Shown here one piece after another: positions 19,543 through 28,813 of a stretch of DNA of 49,524 nt. Position 1 is the stretch's first letter. Every line of letters starts with the position of its first letter. Source of the DNA: an archaeon. GTDB lineage: Archaea > Iainarchaeota > Iainarchaeia > Iainarchaeales > 0-14-0-20-34-12. The notes below the pieces were generated by a model. The model saw only the letters and a list, made by a program, of their open reading frames with translations. It was not told the origin of the DNA and did no database searches. The translations under genes and the position numbers were made by a program. Where the stretch lies: contig JBBSVU010000010.1 in NCBI GenBank assembly GCA_038046645.1, positions 1 through 49,524 of the forward strand, written 5' to 3'.

Positions 19543-19929
19543 TTATTTCTTAGACCTATATTTCTTTTTTCTCCTGCAGCCATCATGCGGCATAGGGGTT
19601 ACATTTTCAATAGCATTAATCCTTATGCCGTTTCTTGTCAGGCTTCTTATTGCAGCTTCACTGCCCTTTCCTGGATTTTTTGATTTTATCCCGCCAATGC
19701 CCCTTACCTTGACAATTACGCTTGTAATGCCTCTTTCCCTTGCTCTTTCAGCAACCTTTTCCGCTACTTTCATTGCTGTGTAAGGCTCACCTTTTTTATG
19801 GCCGCTTTTTGTTATCTGGCCGCCAGTGCATTTCGCAATTGTTTCTGCACCAGTGATGTCTGTAAGCACAACATGTGTGTTATTTGGCGAAGCATAAATA
19901 TTGACAATTCCTTCCTTAATTTTTTCCAT
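19543..19929 (-). CDS. rps11: 30S ribosomal protein S11
   Basis: NNTHVVLTDITGAET, NVTPMPHDGCR. Confidence 0.96.
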   Translation of the reverse strand: MEKIKEGIVNIYASPNNTHVVLTDITGAETIAKCTGGQITKSGHKKGEPYTAMKVAEKVAERARERGITSVIVKVRGIGGIKSKNPGKGSEAAIRSLTRNGIRINAIENVTPMPHDGCRRKKKYRSKK

Positions 19930-20518
19930 CAGTTTTCACCTTTTCTGTTTCAATCTTTTCGCCTTCTTTTGCCTCTGCTGCAGGGGCTTCTTCCTTTATG
20001 GGCTCAGCTTTTTTCCCCTTTACTTTTGGCTTTAATTCTATTTTTTTATTGCCATAATATCCAATATGGTCTTCCTCAGATTTTGTTACTAAGTAACTTG
20101 GTGAGGTAACCCTGCGGCCCATTATTGCAATATGCCCATGGGTAATCAATTGCCTTGCCTGCTTGATTGTATTTGCCAAAGCTTTTCTATATACTATAGT
20201 TTGCAATCTTCTTTCAAGTACTGATTCTAATTTCAGGCCTAAAACATCATCTAATGTTGCATCTTTATTTAGCATATTTACTTTTGACAGGCTGTTTATA
20301 AGTTCTCTTTCCCTTTTTACCCTTTGCTCCAAATTGTATGCCAATAAGTTTCTTGCATTCGCTCTTTTGTTTCTTAGCACTGCTTCCATTTTCCTGATTT
20401 CCTTTTTATTAACTAAACCATAATCTTCTAGGGTCTTCTTCTCGTTTTCTATCCTGTCCTTAGCCCATGGTTTTTTAGGGTTCTGATATTTCTTTCTGCT
20501 TTTTTTAGGATCTCCCAT
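19916..20518 (-). CDS. rps4: 30S ribosomal protein S4
   Basis: MGDPK, LERRLQTIVYRK, QARQLITHGHI. Confidence 0.97.
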   Translation of the reverse strand: MGDPKKSRKKYQNPKKPWAKDRIENEKKTLEDYGLVNKKEIRKMEAVLRNKRANARNLLAYNLEQRVKRERELINSLSKVNMLNKDATLDDVLGLKLESVLERRLQTIVYRKALANTIKQARQLITHGHIAIMGRRVTSPSYLVTKSEEDHIGYYGNKKIELKPKVKGKKAEPIKEEAPAAEAKEGEKIETEKVKTDGKN

Positions 20519-20538
20519 AATCTATACACCAAATATCA

Positions 20539-21054
20539 TTATTTCTTAGCTTTCTCTGCAGGAGCTGCTGCTTTAGCCTGTGCTCCCTGCTCTTTCTTAA
20601 ATACTCCGACAGTTGTTCCTCCTCTCCTGAATCCTGTCTTTGTCCTTTGTCCCCTGACTGGCAAGCCCAATGCATGCCTTACTCCCTTATATGATTTTGT
20701 CCTTTCCATCCTTTTGACATCCTCCCTTAGTGAAAAGTCCAAATCACTCATAATTAAATGTTTATTATCGCCAGTAACATAGTCCTTTCTCCTATTAAAC
20801 ATCCATTCCGGAATGCTGTGTTTTTCAGGGCTTGTCAATATTCCTTCAATCTTTTTGTCAATTTCTTCAGGTATGTTCCCAAGTTTGCTTTCCTTGCTTA
20901 TGCCGGTTTCTTTTTCGAAAGCAGCAGCTGCTACCTTTGCAAACCTGTGGCTTACTCCCTTTACTGCCATTAATGCCCTTGATATTGTTTTGTTTCCATC
21001 AAGGTCTTTATTCATTATTCTTACAATGTGCCTGAATTCTTCCGGTTTTTCCAT
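20539..21054 (-). CDS. rps13: 30S ribosomal protein S13
   Basis: IPEWMFNRRKD, YKGVRHALGLPVRGQRT. Confidence 0.97.
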   Translation of the reverse strand: MEKPEEFRHIVRIMNKDLDGNKTISRALMAVKGVSHRFAKVAAAAFEKETGISKESKLGNIPEEIDKKIEGILTSPEKHSIPEWMFNRRKDYVTGDNKHLIMSDLDFSLREDVKRMERTKSYKGVRHALGLPVRGQRTKTGFRRGGTTVGVFKKEQGAQAKAAAPAEKAKK

Positions 21055-21074
21055 TATATGTCACCCAATAAATA

Positions 21075-21296
21075 TTACTTTAATGCTTCAATTATCTCTT
21101 TTTGTGTTGCATGTTCCTTCAACTTTATCACATTATTTGTTGGGAATAACTGCAGAATATTGCATTTCTGCTTCTTTGTTTTTGCCCCAACAATCTCAAC
21201 AGCATTCTTGTCAATGCTTTTGGTAATTATTACTTTTTCTCCGGCATTTCTGCCTGTTTTCTTGTAACATACCCTTCCTGCTGCCATTACCTTCAT
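21075..21296 (-). CDS. rpl14e: 50S ribosomal protein L14e
   Basis: GRVCYKKTGRNAGEKVII KOW motif; KCNILQLFPT. Confidence 0.9.
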   Translation of the reverse strand: MKVMAAGRVCYKKTGRNAGEKVIITKSIDKNAVEIVGAKTKKQKCNILQLFPTNNVIKLKEHATQKEIIEALK

Positions 21297-21811
21297 TTTT
21301 TCATCTTCTCCAAATATTTTTTTATCAGTGCAATTATGCCATCTTCATTCAATTTATCTGTATTGAGCACGATATCAAAATTTTGCATATCAAAAATATT
21401 AATACCATACTCATATAAGTATTTCTTTTTCCTTTCATCCTCTTCGTTTTTTATCATCTGTTTTGCGACTATTAAGGGCATTTCCCTGCTTACTACCATC
21501 TTCTTTACCCTATTATTCTCCTTTGATTCAAGGAATACCTTTAATGCTGCATCATTCACAAGCCAAGAAGCCAAAGCGTAATCTGTTATTACATTTTCGC
21601 TTCCTTGCTTCCTGAATATGCCATTGACGGCATTTATGAAAGCTTCCTTCCCAAGCTTGAAATCAAGCTCTTCAACAAGGATATTGTGCTCTTTCGCAAC
21701 ATCCTCTTTTATTTTTTCTTCTGTTAAATATTTCAACCCAAGCTGAAGGGCCAATATTTTGCAAACATTCCTAGTGTTTGTACCAGGCCATCCAGTTATG
21801 GTAATAATCAT
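21293..21811 (-). CDS. cmk: cytidylate kinase-family protein with degenerate P-loop
   Basis: MIITITGWPGT, LKVFL, R...Y...YGINI.D...FDIVLNT; L34e-cmk-L14e synteny. Confidence 0.75.
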   Translation of the reverse strand: MIITITGWPGTNTRNVCKILALQLGLKYLTEEKIKEDVAKEHNILVEELDFKLGKEAFINAVNGIFRKQGSENVITDYALASWLVNDAALKVFLESKENNRVKKMVVSREMPLIVAKQMIKNEEDERKKKYLYEYGINIFDMQNFDIVLNTDKLNEDGIIALIKKYLEKMKK

Positions 21812-21826
21812 TATCTCAGGTAACCT

Positions 21827-22126
21827 CTACATTTTGTTGATTGCCATCTCAACATACTTTTTTATCTCTAATTTTATTTGGTCGCTTGCTTTTACGCCGG
21901 TTTTTACCTTTGCTGCTTCAGTTATTATTCTTGTGCTGCAATTGTTGCAGAGCAATCCCCCGAAAATCCTTGAAGGCCTTCTTTCGGTTTTTGACCCTTT
22001 TCTGCTTACTCCTAAAACAAAGTTTCTGCATATGGGGCATCTTGCCTTTTTAGACCTTTTCTTCACTGACCTTATTTTTGCTTCCCCCTTCGGAGTCCTT
22101 ATTTTTTTAGCGTTTCTAAGAACCAT
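21827..22126 (-). CDS. rpl34e: 50S ribosomal protein L34e
   Basis: RTPKG, CPIC..LGV, SKTERRPSRIFGGLLC..C. Confidence 0.92.
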   Translation of the reverse strand: MVLRNAKKIRTPKGEAKIRSVKKRSKKARCPICRNFVLGVSRKGSKTERRPSRIFGGLLCNNCSTRIITEAAKVKTGVKASDQIKLEIKKYVEMAINKM

Positions 22127-22138
22127 AATATCACATAT

Positions 22139-22600
22139 TTACATTTTTTTCTTGTTAACAATCTCAATTATTTTCATAACTATTGAAACAACTACCGAAC
22201 TTATTAAAGCCATAAGGATATACCATCCAAGCCATCCAACATCCGGGCCAAAGAATGGCAATTCAAAAGGCAAGGGAATAATAATTCCATTGTACCATTC
22301 CTTTATGAAATATAATGCTATGATGAATACAGGAAATGAGAACAACATGTATTTCATATTGCCCTGCATCATCTCCTTGGTTATATCCAAATATTCCTTC
22401 TGAATCTCTCCAAGTTCTTTCTTTGATTTTTCATCAGTCTTTTTCATCAATTCATTCATCTTAGGCTGCATTTCCTTCATTTTCTTCTGATCATCCTTCA
22501 GTTTTTTCTGGTTTATGAATTTCATTCTCATAACCTGCGAAATTATTGCAATGGCAAATGCAATAATTGCAATATCAATTGCTGTATCAATAAAAACCAT
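22139..22600 (-). CDS. DUF106 / EMC3-TMCO1 (Oxa1 superfamily) membrane insertase
   Basis: TM-coiled coil-TM architecture, GWLGWYIL; downstream of secY. Confidence 0.88.
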   Translation of the reverse strand: MVFIDTAIDIAIIAFAIAIISQVMRMKFINQKKLKDDQKKMKEMQPKMNELMKKTDEKSKKELGEIQKEYLDITKEMMQGNMKYMLFSFPVFIIALYFIKEWYNGIIIPLPFELPFFGPDVGWLGWYILMALISSVVVSIVMKIIEIVNKKKM

Positions 22601-22611
22601 ATTACCACATA

Positions 22612-23982
22612 TCACTGTTTAGAAAGCATCTTCTGCAATAAAGGATAGTTGTCCAATATTTGTTGGTGTGCTAATTCTTCATATAATTTATATACTATTC
22701 CAACTGTTAATAAAATCCCTGTTCCTGATGTTAATCCGCCCAATAACATGTTTCCCAATCCGGCCAATAATCCAACAAAGATCGAGCCCATTATTGTTAT
22801 TTGCGGAATATATCTATCAAGAACATTTTCAATTATTCTCTTGTCTCTCCTGAATCCCGGAATATACATTCCTGAATTTTGCAATTGCTGTGCAATATTT
22901 GAAGATGACTGCCCGCCTAATTCTACCCATAATTTTCCAAATACGACACAGAAAATAACCATTAACAGCAAATATACAATTCCTTGCAATAACTCTGGTG
23001 CCATGGCAATTAATCCAGTAAAACCTTCTCCAGATATTGCCAAAACAATTTTTGTGAAAAGGTTGAATGGAGTGCCTGTTGCCCATGCTAGTCCGTCTAA
23101 AATACTATTTACAAGTGGGATGCCTTTTGCAGCAAATGCCCATATTTTTACATTTGCAAACAAGGCTGTTGCTAAAATAACCGGCATTACTGAAACATAA
23201 AGGAATTTTACAGGATATCTTCCGCCTAATCCCCTATTGCCCATTGTTATCGGGATATTCACATGCATAGCATGCGCATATGTTACAATTAGGAAGATTA
23301 TTATTGTAAGCAACACTGGCAACAAGATTATGAAATTAACACCAGTGCCAAAGCTTGCAATAAATTTTAGGATAATTCCGCCTGCAGGCTGTATTGCACT
23401 AATGCCTGGAAGCATCATTAACTGCCATAAGAATGATGCTGAAACATTTCCCGCAATAAATAACCCAATGCCTGAACCAATTCCATATTTGCTTACTACC
23501 TCATCCATGTACATTAAAATAATTCCACCAAAAGCTACCTGCAATAACACAGGCAAGAACATGCCTGGCATAGGTTTTAGCATGCCTGATATAATATATA
23601 CTGCACCCTCAAAGAAACATAATATTATTGTCAGTATTTTTTGCAATGACTGGAATGCTACCCTTCCCTCCATTGTGCTTACGTCTATTTTTATAATCTG
23701 CCCACCAATTAACAATTGCAATACAATTGAAGAAAGTACAATCGGACCAATACCTAATGTTATTAATGTCCCTATGTCACTCGCAAGAATTATCTGCAAT
23801 CCTGCTAATTGTTCAATTGCCGCTTCAGACAAACCCATTAGCGTGATTTTTCCCAAAGCAAAGAAGATTAATAAAATGCCTAATGACCATATTATTTTAT
23901 TTTTCAGGCTTGGCTCTGCTGTAGGTTTTTTTACCTCAGGAATAAGCCTGAACAATGGCATCAAAGCATTAGTAATTCCCAT
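22612..23982 (-). CDS. secY: preprotein translocase SecY
   Basis: LGIGPIV, SKYGIGSGIGLFIA, YPVKFLYVSVMPVIL, IPGFRRD, GTGILL. Confidence 0.97.
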   Translation of the reverse strand: MGITNALMPLFRLIPEVKKPTAEPSLKNKIIWSLGILLIFFALGKITLMGLSEAAIEQLAGLQIILASDIGTLITLGIGPIVLSSIVLQLLIGGQIIKIDVSTMEGRVAFQSLQKILTIILCFFEGAVYIISGMLKPMPGMFLPVLLQVAFGGIILMYMDEVVSKYGIGSGIGLFIAGNVSASFLWQLMMLPGISAIQPAGGIILKFIASFGTGVNFIILLPVLLTIIIFLIVTYAHAMHVNIPITMGNRGLGGRYPVKFLYVSVMPVILATALFANVKIWAFAAKGIPLVNSILDGLAWATGTPFNLFTKIVLAISGEGFTGLIAMAPELLQGIVYLLLMVIFCVVFGKLWVELGGQSSSNIAQQLQNSGMYIPGFRRDKRIIENVLDRYIPQITIMGSIFVGLLAGLGNMLLGGLTSGTGILLTVGIVYKLYEELAHQQILDNYPLLQKMLSKQ

Positions 23983-23994
23983 TTAAGCACCTTT

Positions 23995-24408
23995 TTACTC
24001 TTCTATCTCTCCATCTGCTTCAGTTATTTTGGCCCTTGCCTTTTCACTCAATTTTACATTTTTTACCAAGTATTTATGATTCAATTTCCCTGAACTTAAT
24101 AATTTGGCTATTCCCAAAATCTTGCCATCAATGACAAAATAATCCTCATCCTTTGTTACCAATTTTTGCTTTAATAAATTATCCAATTTTTCCTCAACCC
24201 AGCTTAGGTTTACAGCACTTCCCCTTTCCTTCATCTTTAGTTTTGGCTCTTTAGCCTCATTCCTGTACATTAACTTTTTGTGTTTCCATGAACCAGCTCG
24301 CCCTCTTCCGCCTGTGCTTCCTCCGCTTCTTCTATTCTTAACATTTCCCCAGCCATGGCTTCTGTTTCCTCTTAGCTTGTTCTTCTTCCTTCTTTTTCTT
24401 TCAACCAT
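23995..24408 (-). CDS. rpl15: 50S ribosomal protein L15
   Basis: RG.RSHGWG..K.RR.GG..GGRG.AG..KHK. Confidence 0.95.
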   Translation of the reverse strand: MVERKRRKKNKLRGNRSHGWGNVKNRRSGGSTGGRGRAGSWKHKKLMYRNEAKEPKLKMKERGSAVNLSWVEEKLDNLLKQKLVTKDEDYFVIDGKILGIAKLLSSGKLNHKYLVKNVKLSEKARAKITEADGEIEE

Positions 24409-24433
24409 ATAAAACCACAAATTTATTCAAATA

Positions 24434-24895
24434 TTAAGCCATCCTCATTATTAATAAATTTATTTTTTCAGCCCTGTATCCAAGCGCCCCTCCAACTTTG
24501 AAATTCTTTTTTATCCCTTCCCTTTCATAACCCTTGCTTGGCGGGTTTAATCTGAATACCGGCTTTATTCCTAACTTAGCAAGGATTTTTTTGTCCTTGT
24601 TTGCTTGCTCAGCCAGTTCTTTGAATGAATTAACTTTATTCTTTTTTAAATATTCCAAGGACAGTCTTTTATCCCCTGACAATCTTGCCCTTTTTTCAAG
24701 CAGATATTCTAATGTTTCCAAAGAAATCTTGCCCCATGTAATATAATCCTGGACTTTTTTTAACATTCCGTTGTTTGATTCATTTTCTTCAATCAAAGAT
24801 AAATGGTTGCATCTTGTAAGATTAAGCATCTTCATTGTATCCCTAAATATCTGCTTTAACTGAACATTTCCCCTTACTCTTATTACAGCATACAT
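24434..24895 (-). CDS. rpl30p: 50S ribosomal protein L30 (uL30)
   Basis: AVIRVRG, GML.KV.DYITWG, FRLNPPSKG, GALGYR. Confidence 0.95.
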   Translation of the reverse strand: MYAVIRVRGNVQLKQIFRDTMKMLNLTRCNHLSLIEENESNNGMLKKVQDYITWGKISLETLEYLLEKRARLSGDKRLSLEYLKKNKVNSFKELAEQANKDKKILAKLGIKPVFRLNPPSKGYEREGIKKNFKVGGALGYRAEKINLLIMRMA

Positions 24896-24907
24896 ATAAT
24901 CAACCCA

Positions 24908-25597
24908 CTATTTCCCCAATTTTTCGATATCAGGCGATACCTTTAATTTCGTTGTTTTTGATAAAGCATCTATTGCCGCAGTTACATAATTCAATGATGT
25001 CCTGCTGTCTCCCCTTGTTTTTCCCCATACATCCTTTATGCCTGCATATGCAATAACATCCTTTATTTTATCCCCAACTACCAAACCCACACCTCTAGGG
25101 GCTGGCATTAATTTTACTTTTACTGATGAGCATTCACCTTCAACCTTGAAAGGAACAGAATGGTTTGTTCCACAAGTACATTCCCAGCTTCCGCATCCGG
25201 ATTTTACCCTTACTAGATTTAAGCGGGCTTTTCTTGAAGCCTTTCTTAATGCGGACAATCTTTCCTTGTCCTTTCCTAGCCCTAATCCAACATAGCCGTT
25301 TTTATTTCCTACAAGAACAGCTACCCTAAATGCGAATTTTCTTCCAGCCCTTACAACCCTTGCGGTTTTTGTTGTATCCACTGTTTTCTCAGTCAATGAA
25401 GCTAATGAATCAACAATTTCTGGCTCCATTATCTTCATTTTTCCATTAAATATTTCATCCAAATTTGTTATTTTGCCTTCCATTACCATTTTTCCCAATC
25501 TGGTTTTTGGAATCCAGTTAATAGGTATTTCAGCATCAATGGATTCTTCCTGCCTATTGGCCCTTTTCCCTCTCTTTAATTTTCTATCTTCGTTCAT
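24908..25597 (-). CDS. rps5: 30S ribosomal protein S5
   Basis: WIPKTRLG, GCGSWEC.C...HSVPFKV.G, PAPRGVGL. Confidence 0.97.
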   Translation of the reverse strand: MNEDRKLKRGKRANRQEESIDAEIPINWIPKTRLGKMVMEGKITNLDEIFNGKMKIMEPEIVDSLASLTEKTVDTTKTARVVRAGRKFAFRVAVLVGNKNGYVGLGLGKDKERLSALRKASRKARLNLVRVKSGCGSWECTCGTNHSVPFKVEGECSSVKVKLMPAPRGVGLVVGDKIKDVIAYAGIKDVWGKTRGDSRTSLNYVTAAIDALSKTTKLKVSPDIEKLGK

Positions 25598-25599
25598 TT

Positions 25600-26175
25600 T
25601 TACACCTTGCTCTCATCAATCTTTTTCTTTGATGCATTGAATACATTTACTATGTTTTTCGGGTCAAGTCCCTGTTTTAAATATTCTGAAAATCTTTTTT
25701 CTAATTTTTCCTTATCCAATGCCTTGGCATAATTCTCAATTGTTTTCCCGCTGTACATATCTTCGGTTGGCAGCACAATTACATCAACCGGAATTGCCAT
25801 GCCAGAATCAAGCAAACCCTTTACAATTGCAAATAACCTTGATTTATGGTGCGGTGTTTGTATGCCTATATCCACAATAGCTTCATTAACCCCTTTTGCA
25901 ATTGCCCTTTTTCCTAATAAATATCCTGTAAGATAGCATGATGGGATATTTTTATTTCCTTTAAATCCAAATCCGTTAAGTTCTTTTGAGAATGCCGCAA
26001 CAATTGTTTCATCGCCATTTCGTGAATATTTTACCAATTGTGCACTTACATACTTATTTGATTTCCTTAGCACTAAGCGGTGTTTTTCGGATTTTAACAA
26101 AGCCAGCCTTTTGCTGTAATCTGTCTCTTTGTTTCTCCTTCTTTTCAATGGAATCTCATGCCTTACCTTACTCAT
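25600..26175 (-). CDS. rpl18: 50S ribosomal protein L18
   Basis: RRR..TDY.KRL.LLKS, RLVLRKSN, N.PSCYLTGYL. Confidence 0.95.
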   Translation of the reverse strand: MSKVRHEIPLKRRRNKETDYSKRLALLKSEKHRLVLRKSNKYVSAQLVKYSRNGDETIVAAFSKELNGFGFKGNKNIPSCYLTGYLLGKRAIAKGVNEAIVDIGIQTPHHKSRLFAIVKGLLDSGMAIPVDVIVLPTEDMYSGKTIENYAKALDKEKLEKRFSEYLKQGLDPKNIVNVFNASKKKIDESKV

Positions 26176-26187
26176 TTTATCACTCTA

Positions 26188-26634
26188 TTATATTTTTTTG
26201 CCTTTTACAACTGCTTCAAGGTATCTTTGGCCCCTGAAGAAATTGCCTGATATTCTGCTGTATAATTTTCTATAACCAATTTTTTCAACATCCTTTGGGT
26301 GCTCTTTTTTCAATCGCAATAATTCCTTTCTCAACCGCCTTACTTTTCTTACCCAATTTCTTTTATGCTCTGCCCTCACTTTTTGTGTGCCCTTTCTTTT
26401 GCCAAATCCTCTTTTTCTCCCTTTTTTTCTTGATGTTGTAGCATCCCTGCTCCTTCCCCGGCTTTGCTCATTTGTTTTCCTTTTTGTTATTACTTTATCT
26501 TTAATCAGCTGCCTTACATCATCCTTTGTAATTGATTCCTTTATTCTGCTAACTTGTGTAGCATCAACATATAAGTGGCCTTTTCCGACATTTAGGATTC
26601 TTGCTGCGTGTTCCTTAGCCCTATTAACATTCAT
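26188..26634 (-). CDS. rpl19e: 50S ribosomal protein L19e
   Basis: AARIL.VG, SRGR.R, KGRKRG.GKRKG, W..KVR.LR. Confidence 0.95.
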   Translation of the reverse strand: MNVNRAKEHAARILNVGKGHLYVDATQVSRIKESITKDDVRQLIKDKVITKRKTNEQSRGRSRDATTSRKKGRKRGFGKRKGTQKVRAEHKRNWVRKVRRLRKELLRLKKEHPKDVEKIGYRKLYSRISGNFFRGQRYLEAVVKGKKI

Positions 26635-26643
26635 ATCTTCACC

Positions 26644-27156
26644 TTAATACCTGTAATTTAATACCCGTAACCCTAATTCATTTGCTTTTTTAACTATCTC
26701 AATCCTTTTTCTTTTTCCTACCTTTCCTGCTACCCTTACTACAAAAGGATTTTTTTCCTTTGAACTAATCATTAATTCTTCAATATTATTTACTGTTTTT
26801 TCAGGATAGCCTGATGGGTGCAGATGCCTTATTTCTTTTGCAAACCTGTAACCTATTTTTGGCCTGTATCCATCATGCTGTTTCATCTCTATATCTATTC
26901 CCCTTGGAACTCTCCAGCGCTGCCATTTCTTGTTGCTTATTCGTCTTATCCTTCTCTTGCCGAAGCGCCCTCTGAACAGCACATGCTTTTTGCCTCTAAT
27001 CTTTTTTTGTTTTTTAAGTATTTCTTTTGGAATCTCCTTTCTCTTCTTCTCTGGCTTTGCCTTTGTTTTTACCGGTTCTTTCTTAGCTGTTGCTTTAGGC
27101 TCTACCTTTGATTCCTTTTTTAGTTCAACCTTTTTTGATGTGCCTGATTTTTGCAT
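26644..27156 (-). CDS. rpl32e: 50S ribosomal protein L32e with Lys-rich N-terminal extension
   Basis: WR.PRGID, PKIGY, RHLHPSGY, VGKRKR.EI..KA. Confidence 0.93.
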   Translation of the reverse strand: MQKSGTSKKVELKKESKVEPKATAKKEPVKTKAKPEKKRKEIPKEILKKQKKIRGKKHVLFRGRFGKRRIRRISNKKWQRWRVPRGIDIEMKQHDGYRPKIGYRFAKEIRHLHPSGYPEKTVNNIEELMISSKEKNPFVVRVAGKVGKRKRIEIVKKANELGLRVLNYRY

Positions 27157-27168
27157 TTTCTTCACCTG

Positions 27169-27729
27169 TTACTTTGCTATCCCTGTTTCTTTTTTGTATA
27201 AATATATGCCATCATGGAATACCCTTAAATCAAAGTTCTTTACCCTTGATGCTGCTTCCAAATTTGCTGCAGTCTGCCCTACTTCGTATTTGTTGCATCC
27301 GCTTACAGTAATATCCTTGCCTTTTATCTCGACTGCTGTTTCCCCTATAATCTTTGCGATTCTCACTTTTTTGCCTCCTATGAAATTATTTATCTCAACA
27401 GTTTTATCCTTTTTTTGTATGTTCATAGGGAAATGTGAGTAAATAACCTTTAACCTGTAAATGTATCCGTTCTGTACTCCAACAACCATATTTTTGATAT
27501 GGGCAATAAGTGCGTTTACCTTTGCAACGCTCTTCTTTTTTGAATCATTTGCTGCTGCAACAATCTTATTGCCTTTCTTTTCAATCGTTATGCCTTCAGC
27601 AATGAATTTATTTGTAACTTTTTTATTTCCTTTTGTAAGCGTTAATATATTATCGCTTAGTTCGATGGAAATATCTGCGGGAATTTCAATTTCTTCAATC
27701 TTTGCTTCCTTTTTTGTTTCTTTTTTCAT
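27169..27729 (-). CDS. rpl6: 50S ribosomal protein L6
   Basis: YSHFPM, NFIGGK, VGQTAANLE, DLRVFHDGIY. Confidence 0.96.
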   Translation of the reverse strand: MKKETKKEAKIEEIEIPADISIELSDNILTLTKGNKKVTNKFIAEGITIEKKGNKIVAAANDSKKKSVAKVNALIAHIKNMVVGVQNGYIYRLKVIYSHFPMNIQKKDKTVEINNFIGGKKVRIAKIIGETAVEIKGKDITVSGCNKYEVGQTAANLEAASRVKNFDLRVFHDGIYLYKKETGIAK

Positions 27730-27740
27730 TTTCTCATCCT

Positions 27741-28133
27741 TTAGTAAATATAAGCTAATAATCTTCCGCCAAGGTGTTTTTTCAGTACTTCCTTGTGAGT
27801 GAATACCCCTTGCGGGGTTGATATTATTATGATTCCAATATCCTTGCTTGGCAGATATCTTTTTTCATATTTTTCAATTTCATTATTTTTTACCGCATAC
27901 CTTGGCTTTATTGCCCTGCATTCATTTATTTTTCCAGCTAATTTTATTTGGTAAATATTTTCTCGGCCATCATCTATTGTCTCATATCCTTCGATATATC
28001 CTGTATCCTTCATTACATCAAGGATCTTCCCAAGCAGTTTTGAGGCAGGCCTGCAATGGCATTCTTTTATTACTGCCCTTTCTGCATTCTTTATCGCGAT
28101 GAGCGAATCTGCCAATGGGTCCATTTTAGTCAT
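27741..28133 (-). CDS. rps8: 30S ribosomal protein S8
   Basis: DPLAD, IKPR, EKRYLPS, STPQG, GGRLLAYIY. Confidence 0.97.
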   Translation of the reverse strand: MTKMDPLADSLIAIKNAERAVIKECHCRPASKLLGKILDVMKDTGYIEGYETIDDGRENIYQIKLAGKINECRAIKPRYAVKNNEIEKYEKRYLPSKDIGIIIISTPQGVFTHKEVLKKHLGGRLLAYIY

Positions 28134-28160
28134 TTTCTTCACCTATTTTAATATATCTCA

Positions 28161-28286
28161 TTAACCAAATTTCCTGAAGCCAAGTTTTTCTGCGACTTCC
28201 TTGAAACAACGCCTGCAATACATTAAACCATATTTTCTTATCAGGCCCTTGTTGTTTTTACACATTCTACATTTTAAGTGATTCAT
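28161..28286 (-). CDS. rps14: 30S ribosomal protein S14 (Zn-binding; not in ORF track)
   Basis: Hand translation MNHLKCRMCKNNKGLIRKYGLMYCRRCFKEVAEKLGFRKFG; lies between L5 and S8. Confidence 0.95.
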   Translation of the reverse strand: MNHLKCRMCKNNKGLIRKYGLMYCRRCFKEVAEKLGFRKFG

Positions 28287-28293
28287 AAGTATC

Positions 28294-28803
28294 CTACTCT
28301 ATTTTTACACCAAATCTTTCTTTTGCAAATTGGATTCCTTCTTCCTTTGTTATCTTGTGTTTTTTTCCAATTGCTGTTGCAGTTTTCTTCCTGTTTTTCA
28401 CCCTATACCCTGGTCTTTTTACTGTTATTATGACATCAAATCCACGGGTCCCGATTTTTGGGTCATATCTTATGCCTTGCAATTCAATATGTTCCTGTAA
28501 TCCAAAACCGAAGTTTCCATAAGTATCAAAATTGCTTGCTAAAAGAGTGTTCCCTTTTGCATTCAATGCATTCTTAAGGAATTTTTCAGCATCTGCTTTT
28601 CTCAAGGTTGTTTTTAATCCAATCTCTAATCCAGGCCTTATCCCCCATGCTGGCTGCCTTATCTTGCATTTTGTTGCAATGCATTTCTTTCCAGTCATCT
28701 GTTTCATTATTTCCCGGCCTTTTTTCATGCCGTCTTCATCTGCGCCAAAGCCCATATTTACCGTAACCTTATCAATCACAATTCTTCTCATTGGATTATC
28801 CAT
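28294..28803 (-). CDS. rpl5: 50S ribosomal protein L5
   Basis: NPMRRIVIDKVTVNMG, IGLKTTLR, GNFGFG..EHI, YDPKIG. Confidence 0.96.
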   Translation of the reverse strand: MDNPMRRIVIDKVTVNMGFGADEDGMKKGREIMKQMTGKKCIATKCKIRQPAWGIRPGLEIGLKTTLRKADAEKFLKNALNAKGNTLLASNFDTYGNFGFGLQEHIELQGIRYDPKIGTRGFDVIITVKRPGYRVKNRKKTATAIGKKHKITKEEGIQFAKERFGVKIE

Positions 28804-28813
28804 TTTTCACACC

